A stretch of DNA of 64,000 nt from an uncultured Candidatus Saccharibacteria bacterium (GTDB taxonomy: Bacteria; Patescibacteriota; Minisyncoccia; Phycocordibacterales; UBA9973): assembly GCA_964591445.1 (NCBI GenBank), contig CAZQAW010000001.1, forward strand, positions 83,010 to 147,009, written 5' to 3'. Made by a program: the position numbers and the translations under genes. Of the stretch, positions 26,746 through 38,000 are shown piece after piece. The notes beneath the pieces are model-generated. The model made no database searches. It had not been told where the DNA came from and saw only the letters and a program-made list of their open reading frames with translations. The stretch's first letter is position 1. Each line of letters starts with the position of its first letter.

Positions 26746-29700
26746 CTATCGGGACGAGTACATTTCAGCGAGTTTACAATACGGACACTCAGTCGCTCCA
26801 CTTCCCCACGGTTTGAAGTTGCATGTTCTCTCTGTCCATTTTCCATTTTGCATTTCTTGGTCGTAGTCTTGTATATCTTTTACTAACAGTTCAATATGCT
26901 CACCGGAAACGTGCGTTTCGTACACTGCTTTCTTTTCATCTTTTTCTTCCACAAAGTACAAACGTGATTTTGAAACTTCTTGACTGCCTTTTGACGCATT
27001 GTAAATGAGGTACGAATACATTGCGAGCTGGCGAAGGTAACTTGAAAGTCTTCCCTCGTCATCTTCCTTCTCCACATCTTTGCTTGTTCGAGTTTTTCCT
27101 GTTTTGAAATCCGTCACACGCAAGTCAGCACCCGCACTACTTTCGACAAGGTCGATTTTCCCGGTGATAAGTACGTTTGGAATTCGTGGATCTTTATACG
27201 AAAGTGCCTTTTCAGATTGAGATTCTTCCCACAAATCCGGAATAAAGTTTTCAAGAAATCTTTCTGCAACAGCTGTCGCTTCACGAGTAAAACGTGCAAT
27301 GGTTTTTTCTTCGACAAGATGGTTCTTTTTTATTTCATTTGCAATTGCAAGCTCAATCCCCTTTGTATTTCGAGCGTCTTCATATTTGACAAGTTGTTCA
27401 ATCGTTCCATGAACAATACTTCCAAACACCAAGCTCTCGGCCATCGGTTCGGGAACTTGGAGGAATGAACGGAAATACCATTTCCAAGGACATTCGTAGA
27501 AATTGTTAAGAAGTGTAACAGACACTTTTGTTTTGTGATACTGTTCGGCAACGAGTTCTCGAAGTTCATCACGAGAAACGTTCGGTGTTGCGCTTTGTGT
27601 TTTTTCAATATATTTCCCCGCTTGTACTATTTTGTTTTGTGTATCTGCGCCATCAGAAAATTCGAATAATGCTTTTGGCAATTCATCGATGATCATCGCC
27701 AAGCGTTCTTCATTGCCTTTGTGCGACATCCGCGCGTATGACAAAACACAAAACCGCTTTGCACGAGTAAGCGCAACGTAAAGCTCTCGTCTCGCCACGG
27801 CTTCATTTTTTTCTTCAATATGCTCTTTTACTTTTTCTGGAAGAGAAAAGCCAATAGACTTGCTCGACATGAGAGTGCGTTCGTTCATGTGCGCAATCCA
27901 CACGCAGTCGTATTCCAACCCTTTTGAAGCATGAAGTGTCATCACTCGCACGCCATGTTGTGTACCCAAAAGCGCAAGCGGAACGTCTTGGCCGTATTCT
28001 TGCATGCGTTTGATGAATGAAATAAATGTCGCCAAACTTGTATGTGCATCCCCGCCTGCTCCCGTAGAGCGGGCAGGCTTTTCTTCGAGCGTGAGCGCAA
28101 GGTGAAGAAGCGACCGCACGACTTCGACACGGCGAATGTATGATTCGTGTTCTGTAGCGTTTTCGAGCAAAAATGTGTAGCCGACATATTGCACAATATC
28201 GTACAAACTTTTTCCTTTTGACTCTACAATTGTAGTTTCAATTTTCTTGCCCCAACTATATATCGGGTCCGCGTCAGCAAGCAAACCGTGGCTGTGGCCT
28301 TCGTCGAGCAAATGCTGAAGTGAGAGTTCGCGAGTATACACGCGATGCAAAAATGCATGTGCGGCGAGCGGTGGAATGCCAGACATTTCATCAAGCACAC
28401 TTTCCGCAATGGCGACATTTGAAAATGGATCGTTCATGATTTGAAAAACATTGAAAAGCGAGACGAATTCTTTCGTTTCAAAAAGTCGGAGTGACTGACT
28501 CGACGCAACCGGCACGCCCATACCAGAAAGTATATGCATAGCTGTTCGCACGTGTGCATTTTTTGGAACAAGAAGCGCGCAATCGGAAGCATCTGTGCCG
28601 CCGGACATTTTTTCCAAGAAAAAATGTCCGGCTTGCATCACTTCATCTCGCGGATAATCCGCTTCGACAAGCTGTATCGGGTGCCTTTCCCTGCTCTGGC
28701 TTTTCAAACTTTCTTTGGTCAACACACTTTTCAAAAGTGTATCAGCGGCGTCAAGAATGATCTGCGTTGAACGATAATTCTCAGAAAGTGTAATGACTTT
28801 CGTGCCTTTAAACGTGTGTGTAAAATCTTCGAAATGCGAGAGCGACGCACCACCGAAGCCATAAATAAGCTGGCGGTCGTCTCCCACCACAAACACATTT
28901 GGCTTTTCAACGTCACCCCACACCGCACGCAAAAAGGCATTTTGTACGCCAGAAGAATCTTGATGCTCGTCGACAAGCACATACAAATACCGCTCACGCA
29001 AAGTATCACGCGCATTTTCAGAATCTGTAACGAGTTTGAGTAAGTATGAAAGAACGTCATCATAATCCATGACATTGCGCTCTTTTTTTACTTCTTCATA
29101 CAGCTCATAGAACCTGACCACTTCGCGTGTCTTTTCCAAGCTTTCTATTTTTGTAAGAATTTCTTTTTTAAGTTTGCCTTTGCTCACACCCTTGCTTGAA
29201 ATGCTTTCCGGATCGTTTGTAAGACGCTTTATATCTTTTTCTATTTCAGAAAGGAATGCGTCCGGGCTCATATTCTCGCGCTTCAAGAGTGAGATGAGAG
29301 ATTTCAAATCTTGAAAATACATCGCCGCATTTCCTCGCGGCCGCAAATGCGCCCATTCGTGTGAATGCAAAATATCATCCACGATACCAAGAAGTCCTGC
29401 ATCATCAAGAAGTTCCGGGGCGGATGCAAACCCAAGCGCATGATAAAACTCCTCGATTACTTGTATGCCGAACGAATGGAATGTGGTAATGGCAACTCGC
29501 CCGGCTTCGGCACCGATATACGAATGCAAACGTTTGCGCATTGCGTGCACACCCGAGTTCGTAAACGTAAGGCAAAGCACACCGTCTGGAGTCGTATCGG
29601 TTTTTTTCAAAATATTCCCAATGCGTAAAGATATGACCTGAGTCTTGCCAGTTCCCGGCCCAGCCACTACCATGACCGGACCTTCAATAGTATCCACCGC

Positions 29701-29748
29701 TTCTTTCTGTGCAGCATTCAAATTTTTATACGAAACTTCAAAATCCAT
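26746..29748 (-). CDS. UvrD/PcrA-family helicase fused to a C-terminal PD-(D/E)xK (RecB/Cas4-like) nuclease domain with Cys cluster
   Basis: Helicase motifs VVAGPGTGKTQV, LVDEHQDSSGVQ, VVGDDRQLIYGFGG, LSENYRSTQ, LHASKGLEYDCVWI, ALTRAKRF. C-terminus GKIDLVE...VTDFKTGK plus C...CNFKPWGSGATECPYC. A terminator hairpin (gaggcgagttgctaccgcctc) overlaps the 3' end. Confidence 0.85.
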   Translation of the reverse strand: MDFEVSYKNLNAAQKEAVDTIEGPVMVVAGPGTGKTQVISLRIGNILKKTDTTPDGVLCLTFTNSGVHAMRKRLHSYIGAEAGRVAITTFHSFGIQVIEEFYHALGFASAPELLDDAGLLGIVDDILHSHEWAHLRPRGNAAMYFQDLKSLISLLKRENMSPDAFLSEIEKDIKRLTNDPESISSKGVSKGKLKKEILTKIESLEKTREVVRFYELYEEVKKERNVMDYDDVLSYLLKLVTDSENARDTLRERYLYVLVDEHQDSSGVQNAFLRAVWGDVEKPNVFVVGDDRQLIYGFGGASLSHFEDFTHTFKGTKVITLSENYRSTQIILDAADTLLKSVLTKESLKSQSRERHPIQLVEADYPRDEVMQAGHFFLEKMSGGTDASDCALLVPKNAHVRTAMHILSGMGVPVASSQSLRLFETKEFVSLFNVFQIMNDPFSNVAIAESVLDEMSGIPPLAAHAFLHRVYTRELSLQHLLDEGHSHGLLADADPIYSWGKKIETTIVESKGKSLYDIVQYVGYTFLLENATEHESYIRRVEVVRSLLHLALTLEEKPARSTGAGGDAHTSLATFISFIKRMQEYGQDVPLALLGTQHGVRVMTLHASKGLEYDCVWIAHMNERTLMSSKSIGFSLPEKVKEHIEEKNEAVARRELYVALTRAKRFCVLSYARMSHKGNEERLAMIIDELPKALFEFSDGADTQNKIVQAGKYIEKTQSATPNVSRDELRELVAEQYHKTKVSVTLLNNFYECPWKWYFRSFLQVPEPMAESLVFGSIVHGTIEQLVKYEDARNTKGIELAIANEIKKNHLVEEKTIARFTREATAVAERFLENFIPDLWEESQSEKALSYKDPRIPNVLITGKIDLVESSAGADLRVTDFKTGKTRTSKDVEKEDDEGRLSSYLRQLAMYSYLIYNASKGSQEVSKSRLYFVEEKDEKKAVYETHVSGEHIELLVKDIQDYDQEMQNGKWTERTCNFKPWGSGATECPYCKLAEMYSSR

Positions 29749-29866
29749 AGGCTCATTATACCTTTTTCTAAGTTCTAACTCTATTTGACTTTTGATTTGC
29801 CAGAGGTATAATTGAATTCTAATTCTTTTTAATTCAATAATTTCTAACTAAAAAAACCATTTAGCT

Positions 29867-30130
29867 ATGCAACGAAACAAAAAGACTAAACATGCCCACC
29901 GGAACGACAGCAAAAAAAGCGTCCCAACAAACATCACCAACTTTATTAACACTGTCACCTCTTATGTCCAGCGAGGACCACGGGGAGCTAAAGCCCTGGC
30001 CTTTGGTGACAATAAGTTACGACTCACAGGAACGCTCACTAATTTAAAGAGAGAACATAAGAACTTAGGAGAACACCTTCCTGCCGATGTGGTAGTTTTT
30101 GTAAAAAATAAATTAGGTATTGCTGTTTAA
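29867..30130 (+). CDS. Hypothetical small basic protein
   Basis: ORF only; followed by a terminator. Confidence 0.3.
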   Translation: MQRNKKTKHAHRNDSKKSVPTNITNFINTVTSYVQRGPRGAKALAFGDNKLRLTGTLTNLKREHKNLGEHLPADVVVFVKNKLGIAV

Positions 30131-30146
30131 ACATTAAACTATTAAC

Positions 30147-30176
30147 AAAAAACCCCGCACAAAACGGGGCTTTTTT
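30147..30176. terminator. Bidirectional rho-independent terminator
   Basis: aaaaaaccccgcacaaaacggggctttttt. Confidence 0.8.
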
Positions 30177-30184
30177 ATTTCGTA

Positions 30185-31294
30185 TTATTCCACTTCCGCA
30201 GAAGTTTCAGTTTGAGTTTCAACTTCCATATTTCCGTTCAAGATATTTGTGAGCTTTTCAAGCGCTTGTGCGCGAGCTTCGACATTTGTATCTGCTTTGA
30301 CGTTCAAGTTATATTCAGCAATCGCGTTGTTGACTGATTCTTCATCCATGTGAGATTTCTGACTGAAGAGAAACCGGTACCATGGGCGCTTTACTGAAAC
30401 AGAGCCATCTGTGTGAACGACTGCTTTTGAAGTAAGTGCTGAAGAAAAGATGCCAAGGAATTTTGCAGGTTCTTTGTAAGCAATGTTGATGTCTGCACCC
30501 ACTTCTTCTTCGACAGTTGTAGTGCCGCCAAACGCGCTTTTGTGTTCATCCCAAGAAGTGTTTAGAGACACAAGCGCGTCTTTTACATTTTCATAATGCT
30601 CTTTGTTAGAAGGTTCTTCTACAGTTTTTGCTGGCATACAAGAAAGTGCACCAGAAGAAAGCGCGAGAAGATTTTGTACGCGAGTTGCATCAGGGCCACC
30701 ATTTTTCTTTGCTTCCATCGCAACGTCTATCATGCTTGAGCGGACAATCGTAGCAAGTTTTGTAGTGTTTGCGTATTCTGCATCGCCACCTTGCGGAGAG
30801 ATAAGATTGAGACTTGTATTTGCATCGGCGTACGCTTTGATGACATCACCATAAAGTTCTTTCTGATGGCCTTCGAGCGAAGTGTTTGCATCCAAGTTTG
30901 TTGCATAACTTCCCTTGTTCCAAGCGTAGCTTGTGCGGATATTTTCTGGAGCAGCATTGAAAGCTGTGAGAAGTGCGCTACAAAACGCATCGCCTTCTTT
31001 CATATCTTTTTTGATTGTTGCGTCAAGCAAAATATCAACACCTGCTTTCAAAGCGCCACCTGAACGCGGAACAACAGGAGCAGCGCTTGCTTCTGTGGAA
31101 AGCGTTGTCGAAGATGGAGCAGTTGTTTCTAACTGCATGTTTACTTCACTTGTAATGTCTTTGATCACATCACCAGTTACGGGATCGACTGCCTGTACTG
31201 TCAAACCTTGCGCAAGAACTTGAGCACCAAAACCACTGATAAATAAGCCTATAATTGCAATTGCTGCATAGAAACCACGGTTATTCTTGTTCAT
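30185..31294 (-). CDS. Secreted/membrane-anchored hypothetical protein
   Basis: N-terminal signal/TM (FYAAIAIIGLFISGFGAQVLAQG); no recognisable domain. Confidence 0.5.
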   Translation of the reverse strand: MNKNNRGFYAAIAIIGLFISGFGAQVLAQGLTVQAVDPVTGDVIKDITSEVNMQLETTAPSSTTLSTEASAAPVVPRSGGALKAGVDILLDATIKKDMKEGDAFCSALLTAFNAAPENIRTSYAWNKGSYATNLDANTSLEGHQKELYGDVIKAYADANTSLNLISPQGGDAEYANTTKLATIVRSSMIDVAMEAKKNGGPDATRVQNLLALSSGALSCMPAKTVEEPSNKEHYENVKDALVSLNTSWDEHKSAFGGTTTVEEEVGADINIAYKEPAKFLGIFSSALTSKAVVHTDGSVSVKRPWYRFLFSQKSHMDEESVNNAIAEYNLNVKADTNVEARAQALEKLTNILNGNMEVETQTETSAEVE

Positions 31295-31357
31295 ATACTA
31301 AAAGTGTATCACTAAGCCCCTAGGCGTACAACCCTTTACAAAAAGGCGTTTTCGGGC

Positions 31358-31906
31358 TCAAAAACCGAGCTTTTCCAGCACTTCGTCGACCTTTTTATAC
31401 AAACTTTCAAGGTCGCCATCGTTCTCTATCGTATAGTCGGCTTGCTTCATGCATTCAAACAGTCGCATCGGGCTTTTAGGGTCAGTGTTCTCGTGTTCTT
31501 CGTGCGCAAGAAATGCAACGAGCGTTGGAAGTTCGAGAACTGTGCCGCGCGCTTGCACACGAGCGAAGCGCAGTGCGCCATCTGCCGTCACCGCAATCAT
31601 CGTAAAGTCTGAATTCGTTTTCAAATATTCTATTTGCTTGAGCTGGCGGATGCCGGACACAATACCGAGCTCGCCTGCTTGTTCCAGAAACAGTTTTGCC
31701 AAATAGTCTTCACCATGCTCGGCCGCGATTTTGTACCCCATATCCATGACGTTCTCGCGCGACACCACAAGCCCGGCTTCGCGGACTTTGTCTTTAAGCG
31801 GCGCGCTGATCTGCCATACAGAGACACCAAGCTTGTGAGCCATATACTCGGCCGCAGTATCTTTGCCGGACCCAATAGGCCCGGTTATTCCGATGATTCG
31901 TTTCAT
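31358..31906 (-). CDS. P-loop nucleotide kinase (dephospho-CoA kinase / dNMP kinase-like)
   Basis: IIGITGPIGSGKDTAAEY Walker A at N-terminus; 182 aa. Confidence 0.55.
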   Translation of the reverse strand: MKRIIGITGPIGSGKDTAAEYMAHKLGVSVWQISAPLKDKVREAGLVVSRENVMDMGYKIAAEHGEDYLAKLFLEQAGELGIVSGIRQLKQIEYLKTNSDFTMIAVTADGALRFARVQARGTVLELPTLVAFLAHEEHENTDPKSPMRLFECMKQADYTIENDGDLESLYKKVDEVLEKLGF

Positions 31907-31909
31907 TTT

Positions 31910-32344
31910 TTACATCCAAAGCCCGAGAACAATACCGAAGATGACGAAAGTCACAAGTTGGTATCCTGCGGTGATGAGGAACAAATTCCATGCCAACTTT
32001 TTCGGTTTACCACTCCACATCGCGTTCATCGCAGCAAGCGGCATGATGAATCCGAGCCACATGAGAAGTGCGATCTTCACACCTTCGACTGCGTCCATCA
32101 CCATGTATTGACGAAGCACACATGAAAGAACGAGAATAGTAACGATACTTACGATGATATTCAAGACGTAGACCGGACGCATCTGTTTGTCCATCTCTTT
32201 GCATTCCTTGTCAGACATTTCTTCGCGTTTCTTGCCACCGATAACTGCCATGTACGACTTGCCAAATATCGGCCCGTACCACAAAAAGCCGAGCACCTGA
32301 GCCACTACCACACACACTACAACTGCCAATATATTGATTTCCAT
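31910..32344 (-). CDS. DUF1761-family membrane protein
   Basis: LGFLWYGPIFGK and 4 TM helices. Confidence 0.6.
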   Translation of the reverse strand: MEINILAVVVCVVVAQVLGFLWYGPIFGKSYMAVIGGKKREEMSDKECKEMDKQMRPVYVLNIIVSIVTILVLSCVLRQYMVMDAVEGVKIALLMWLGFIMPLAAMNAMWSGKPKKLAWNLFLITAGYQLVTFVIFGIVLGLWM

Positions 32345-32428
32345 ATGATTATTTTCAGCCCGAGGCTGATCCGCCTTGGGCGGAAAAAATTATTTGTTAA
32401 AACAAAACCCCGTGAAGGGGTTTTGGAA

Positions 32429-32917
32429 TTATTTCATTTCATGGCCATTGCAGCCACTTTTGCATGTATCACAATTGTCGCACGTATTTGACTGACCGCA
32501 GACCATGCAATTGTCGCATCCGCACATGCGTCGGCCGAGAGCCCATTTGCCTGGACCAGCAAGCGCAACTGAAAGCGATGCCGCCAAAAGCATAAGGTCG
32601 ATCTCGTATCCGCCAGGAACAATGAAGCCGACTTTCAACTTCACGATAAAAATTGCAACCACCATTGTAACTGCAAGAAGCATACCCATCACTCCGGTAA
32701 AAAATCCGAGGATAAGTGCAACACCTCCGACTGTTTCAACGATAGCAACAACGTATGCCCAGAAAGATGCCAAGCCGAGCATACCAAAGAAAGCGATCGT
32801 GCCTTCCATATTTTGTAATTTCGCAATACCGTGCGCGAGGAACACCGCACCAGCCGCAATGCGGACGAGCATAAGCCCAAACCCAGGATTGCAGCATTTT
32901 GACAACATGTGTTTCAT
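32429..32917 (-). CDS. DoxX-family membrane protein with Cys-rich C-terminal tail
   Basis: DoxX-like 4-TM core, then CGCDNCMVCGQSNTCDNCDTCKSGCNGHEM (10 Cys in about 30 aa). Confidence 0.65.
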   Translation of the reverse strand: MKHMLSKCCNPGFGLMLVRIAAGAVFLAHGIAKLQNMEGTIAFFGMLGLASFWAYVVAIVETVGGVALILGFFTGVMGMLLAVTMVVAIFIVKLKVGFIVPGGYEIDLMLLAASLSVALAGPGKWALGRRMCGCDNCMVCGQSNTCDNCDTCKSGCNGHEMK

Positions 32918-32961
32918 AAAAAGTAAATACTAACTAATAATCGTCCTTACAGTATACCACA

Positions 32962-34209
32962 CTACGCTTTGGTAATGTCACGTGGATAAAAAAGGTCCAC
33001 CGTCCAGTCGACAGCGATTTTGATGCGCTTTGAACCAGAAAGGAATTTGAAAAGATAGATGGTGCGCCAGATGAACCAGGCAACAACACCGGAAAAAGTG
33101 ATCCCAAAAATCCGCGCGACGGCATTGCCGCGGCCAAGCGACACCAGCTCCCCTTTTGATTCGTATCGAAATGTCTCAAGTGCTTTACCGCGAATACTTT
33201 GTGCAATATTGTGCGCAACATACGGCGCTTGTTCGACGGCAACTTGGGCAAGCATTGGGATCGGTTTCCCGTCTTGTAAAAGCAGTGCGCTGTCGCCAAG
33301 CACAAACACATTTTTATAATTGTGCATTTGCAAATATGTGGTAACAGGAATTCTCCCGCTTGGGTCTTTTGCAAAATTTCCCACAAGTTCCGGATACTGC
33401 GCTTTCACGCCAGCTGTCCAGACAACGTGTGGACTTGTAAGCATGTCGCCCGACTCTGTCAGCACGCCTTCTTTTGTTACTTCTTTTACTTTTGTGTTAA
33501 GCATCACTTTGATGCCTTTGTCGCGAATAATACGGAGCGCATTTCTCTGCAAACTTTCGTGAAGCGGAGTCAGAAGTTCCGCGCCTTGAGTCACAAGCGT
33601 AAGGCTGATGTCTTCTTTTTGTATCACACCTTTATATAGTCTTTTGAATGTAATAAAAAAGAAATCAGCCATTTCGGTGACCATTTCTACTCCAGTTGCG
33701 CCGCCTCCGACAACGACAAACGAAAGCATTTTTCTGCGTTCTTCGCGGTCGGACATCATCGAAGCTTTTTCAAAAATATCTATCACATAGTTGCGAAGCT
33801 TGATCGCATCCCGCAGATCTTTGAGTATAAAAGTATGTTCTTGAGCGCCGGGTGTGCCGAAAAAATTTGTCGTTGCGCCTGTAGCAATCACCAAGTAATC
33901 ATACGCAATTTCTTTATCCCCGACTATTACTTTTTTATTTTCTAAATCAACTTTGTCTGCCGCGCCAACAATAAGACGTGTCGTATCGTCTTTCACTATT
34001 TCGCGAAGTGCTTCGACAACTTGATGATGAGCGAGGCCGCCGGTTGCCACTTCGTGGAGCATCGGTGTGAAAAGAAAATAGTTTGTCTTGTTGATGATAG
34101 TGATGCGCGCTTTGTCGCCCAACTCTTCAAGTAGATGCTTGTACGTATAAATACCAGCGAAGCCTGCGCCGATAATGACGATATGTGGTTTATTCTGCGA
34201 AGCGGACAT
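32962..34209 (-). CDS. ndh: Type II NADH:quinone oxidoreductase (NDH-2) with C-terminal membrane anchor
   Basis: KPHIVIIGAGFAGIYTYK (FAD GxGxxG), second dinucleotide fold VVVGGGATGVE, C-terminal amphipathic/TM region. Confidence 0.85.
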   Translation of the reverse strand: MSASQNKPHIVIIGAGFAGIYTYKHLLEELGDKARITIINKTNYFLFTPMLHEVATGGLAHHQVVEALREIVKDDTTRLIVGAADKVDLENKKVIVGDKEIAYDYLVIATGATTNFFGTPGAQEHTFILKDLRDAIKLRNYVIDIFEKASMMSDREERRKMLSFVVVGGGATGVEMVTEMADFFFITFKRLYKGVIQKEDISLTLVTQGAELLTPLHESLQRNALRIIRDKGIKVMLNTKVKEVTKEGVLTESGDMLTSPHVVWTAGVKAQYPELVGNFAKDPSGRIPVTTYLQMHNYKNVFVLGDSALLLQDGKPIPMLAQVAVEQAPYVAHNIAQSIRGKALETFRYESKGELVSLGRGNAVARIFGITFSGVVAWFIWRTIYLFKFLSGSKRIKIAVDWTVDLFYPRDITKA

Positions 34210-35006
34210 TAGTGGTAAGCTTCAGCAAGAAATGGTGCAACTTTTTCCCAAGCGACTGGGGTGCGAACATGGCCAAAGGCGTACGCCGCAACTTGGTAAG
34301 GATTGTACACGACATCGAGACTTTCTTCGGTGACGATAAATACGCCGTAGTTGTCTGCCGTTGGAGCGGAGCCGTCGATAGCAACACTGTCATAATCTGC
34401 GCCACGTTTAACCAATTCTTTTTTCAAAGATTCGCGATACATCGGCACGAGAAGCGACAAACATGTTGAGCTGTCTTTGCATAAATCTGTGAGCGAAAGT
34501 TCAGCGCCTGTTGCAACAGAAAAGTTGAGTGTGCCGACAAAACTGTTCGGATGCGCGGCACCGGCTGCATAGTCGGATACATCAAACGCAACCGTCTCTA
34601 TGCCGTGCGCTGGTGCGTACACTTTGTATCGAATAGTGAGCGTGCTTTTTTCACTGCCGGCAAGCATGTTGTCTGTAGCACCTTCGATAAATTCAGATTT
34701 TGCATGTGCGATATATGAAGAGATGCGCGCATTCATTGCTTTGACTTGCGTGCCGGCATTGGGAGATGAAAGCACTGGGTATTCGATATCGATGTCATAT
34801 GTTTTTTCGCTTACCTTTTGAGTTTTCTTTTCAGAATTGATTGTAACATCGACTTTTGGAGCGGGAATTTCTGCTTCTATATCTTTGACGATTACATCTT
34901 CAGATTTTTCATCTCCCTTGTGCGTTCCCAAATAATACGCACCAGCAATGAGCGCAAGTACAAGCACTATAAGAAAAAACTTTGCTCCTTTTGATTGTGT
35001 AGCCAT
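34209..35006 (-). CDS. DUF3298/DUF4163 domain protein (RsiV-like), membrane anchored
   Basis: N-terminal TM; DVVYNPYQVAAYAFGHV typical of DUF3298. Confidence 0.6.
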   Translation of the reverse strand: MATQSKGAKFFLIVLVLALIAGAYYLGTHKGDEKSEDVIVKDIEAEIPAPKVDVTINSEKKTQKVSEKTYDIDIEYPVLSSPNAGTQVKAMNARISSYIAHAKSEFIEGATDNMLAGSEKSTLTIRYKVYAPAHGIETVAFDVSDYAAGAAHPNSFVGTLNFSVATGAELSLTDLCKDSSTCLSLLVPMYRESLKKELVKRGADYDSVAIDGSAPTADNYGVFIVTEESLDVVYNPYQVAAYAFGHVRTPVAWEKVAPFLAEAYH

Positions 35007-35021
35007 ATAGATAGTATATCA

Positions 35022-38000
35022 CTAAAGTGGGTGGCTATTGAAATATGCACGAGTGATCGCACCAAAGGTGCCAGCCGCCGGGCTTATCTTATGTTCTTTT
35101 TGGAATTCAATGAGTGCAGCTTCGGTACCCTTGCCGAATATGCCATCGACGTCGAGCGTGAGGTCAAGCGCTTTGTTCAAATACTTTTGAATTTCTTTGA
35201 TTTCAGCATTTTTTGCACCACGTTTGAAATACCCCTTAAACGTATAGGTTCCCGTGTTGGCTGGGGTTTCAGATTGTGTGTGTGTTTTCTTCCATTTTTC
35301 TATCGCCGCCTGACTTAGCTTGCCAAACAAACCATCAACCGCAAGACCGGCATTGATTTCTGTATTCAGATACGTTTGCAAAGCTTTGATCTCATCTTTT
35401 GAAATTCCAGCTTTGTAATATCCGGCAAGAATTTTTTGGGCAATCGTATCAACCGATGCTCCAGGATTTTGTGGTGTCTGAATATTTGTCGGTGGTGTTG
35501 GAATAATGATTACAGCTCCGCCAGGCGCTCCACCAGAGACAGGCGCCGAGCTTGTTGTAAATGTCTGATCTGAGCTTGTAGCCAAGTTACTTGAAGCATC
35601 ATTTGATTGTACTCTAAAGTGATAAAGGGTGCTTGAAGTCAGACTGTTGATCGTTACCGAGTGACTTGTGACTCGAGGCGACGTATCGGCTTCTGTTGTT
35701 GAAGTTCCATAGGAAATTGTCGGGCCATAATCAACGACCGATGAGGCAATTTCATCCGTATCCCATGTGATAGTGACGCTATTATACGTCGGCGTTGCAA
35801 CAATGTTTGAAATAACTGGTGGAGTTACGTCTGGCGCAGCAGTTGTTGTAAAGGTTTGATCTGTTGATGTTCCCAAATTACTTGCCGCGTCGTTTGATTT
35901 CACGCGGAAGTGGTACGTTGTTGAAGACGAAAGACTGTTTATCGTAACAGAATGAGAAGTAACTCTCGGCGAAGTATCTGCCTCAGATGTACTTGTACCA
36001 TAGCTTGCTGTTGGTCCGTAGTCGACAATTGAAGATGCTGCCTCATCTGTATCCCATGTAATCTGCACGCTATTGTGCGTCGGAGTTGCAACAATGTTTG
36101 AAATGACCGGAGCAGTTACATCTGGCGCAACAGTTGTTGTAAAGGTTTGATCGCTTGAAATTCCTTCGTTTGGAGTTCCGGCATCATCTTTTGACTTTAC
36201 GCGGAAATGGTATGTTGTAGAACCAGTCAAGCCAGACAGATTGACGGTGTGAGAAATCACGCGAGTTGAAGTATCTGTTTCTGTTGTTGAAGTGCCATAC
36301 GACACAGTCGTACCGTATTCAACCAAAGACGACCCACGTTCATCGCTGTCCCATGTTATCGTTGCGCTCGTAGCGGTAATACTTGATACAACAATATTTG
36401 AAATAGCCGGTGCAGTTGTGTCTGTAACTGTTGATTCGCTGAACGTACCATTTGATCCATTTGAAGACCCGGTTCCGCTTGTGCCAGTACCCGCATTTGC
36501 AACCGGAGCAGTACCTGAATATGTTTTATTCGTATAATCAAAACGGATGCGTCCACCACCACCCGAAGCCGCACCGGCAATTGCGCCCGATCCACCCGCT
36601 CCTCCGTTTGCCGTAATCACACCAGTAGTACCGGCATAATTTTTTACAGCACCCCAGATACTTCCACCGGCAGCACCCACATCACCATTCGCAGACAAAG
36701 TACCGTCAACAGTAAGAGTGTCGGTCACATTTAATTTCATTGCTCCACCACCACGTGCGGTTGCAGTATAAGAACTTGTTGCCGTTGTACCACCCAAGTG
36801 TCCTGCTCCAAGCGTAACCGGTGCAGTCGAAGATCCGTATGACTGACTATCACTTGCAGTAATAGTAGGACACAAAGGTGTAGAAGTTGTCTGTCCTTGT
36901 CCGCCGGCACCACCATGACCTGCTCCGTTAAATCGGTTTGAACTACACGCTGCACCGCGACCAGTTGTCGTCGTATCTGTGTCATGATGCCCCATGGCGT
37001 TTACCGTCAATGTTCCACCACTATTGATCGTAAGGTATGTTGCATTCAAGGTACCGCCGGTTCCCATATTACTTGAAGCAGTTGGATCAGAATCGAGTGT
37101 AAGCGTACCACCGGAAGCGATCGTAAGAGTGCCGAAAGTATAAGAAATATCATTACCAAGCTTAAGAGCATTTGAAAGTGTGAAAGTTGAAGACGGATAT
37201 TGTGTTGGGAAATAGACAGTACCAGTGTAACCAGCATGTCCACCCGTTGTTGAAGTGACAGTTCCCCCGTTTACTTGCAGCGTCCCAGTAAATGAATACG
37301 TCGCTCCGTTAAAAGAGACGCGTCCGCCGCCGCCGGCGCCGCCGCCTTGATTTCCATCACCACCGTTTGCACGAATAGTTCCGCCACCGGCTACAGTGCC
37401 AGAAGAAAACCAAATACTTCCTCCCGAACCACCGCCGCGCTCGGCTAGGCCGGTTGCAATTGATCCATTTGAAGAAATAGTTCCGTCAACAGTTGTCGTT
37501 CCGGACACAACAAACTTGAGTGCGCCACCACCGGCACCGCCTTTTGCACGTCCCGCCCCAGAACCAAGAGACACCGGAGAGGAAGCGGATCCGTATTTTG
37601 CTCCACCAGTTCCTGCATACGAAAGCGCAGTGTTTCCACCACGACCACCGTATCCACCACCTGCTGCTCGGTTGGAACTATTACCTGTTGCACCAACTCC
37701 TGACGCAGAGGTATACCCTCCCGGAAAGCCAAGTCCGTCCCCTACAATACTTCCACCGCTATTTACATTGAGTGTTGTTGCAGTCAAAGTGTAGCCTGTA
37801 CCAGCAACAATGTCGCCATCAAGCGTAAGAGTGTAGCCATTTGGAACAGTGAGTGTACCAAATGTCTGTTGTAAATCATTACCAAGAGTAAGATTGCTTG
37901 TCAGCGTAAAATTGGAAAGCGTAGCTGATGGGAAATACACCGTACCTGCTTGCCCACGACTACCGACTGAAGTTGCAGCAGTATTGACCGTACCACCAGA

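Noticed and set aside
31320-31360. Possible terminator after the P-loop kinase gene
   Set aside because: Stem (GCTC/GAGC) is only 4 bp with a weak T-run; not convincing.
37396-37794. Pro-rich 132-aa plus-strand ORF (and other ORFs at 36292..38730)
   Set aside because: Antisense to the Gly-codon-rich repeat region of the 2043-aa minus-strand gene; GGN repeats give open NCC/Pro frames on the opposite strand.
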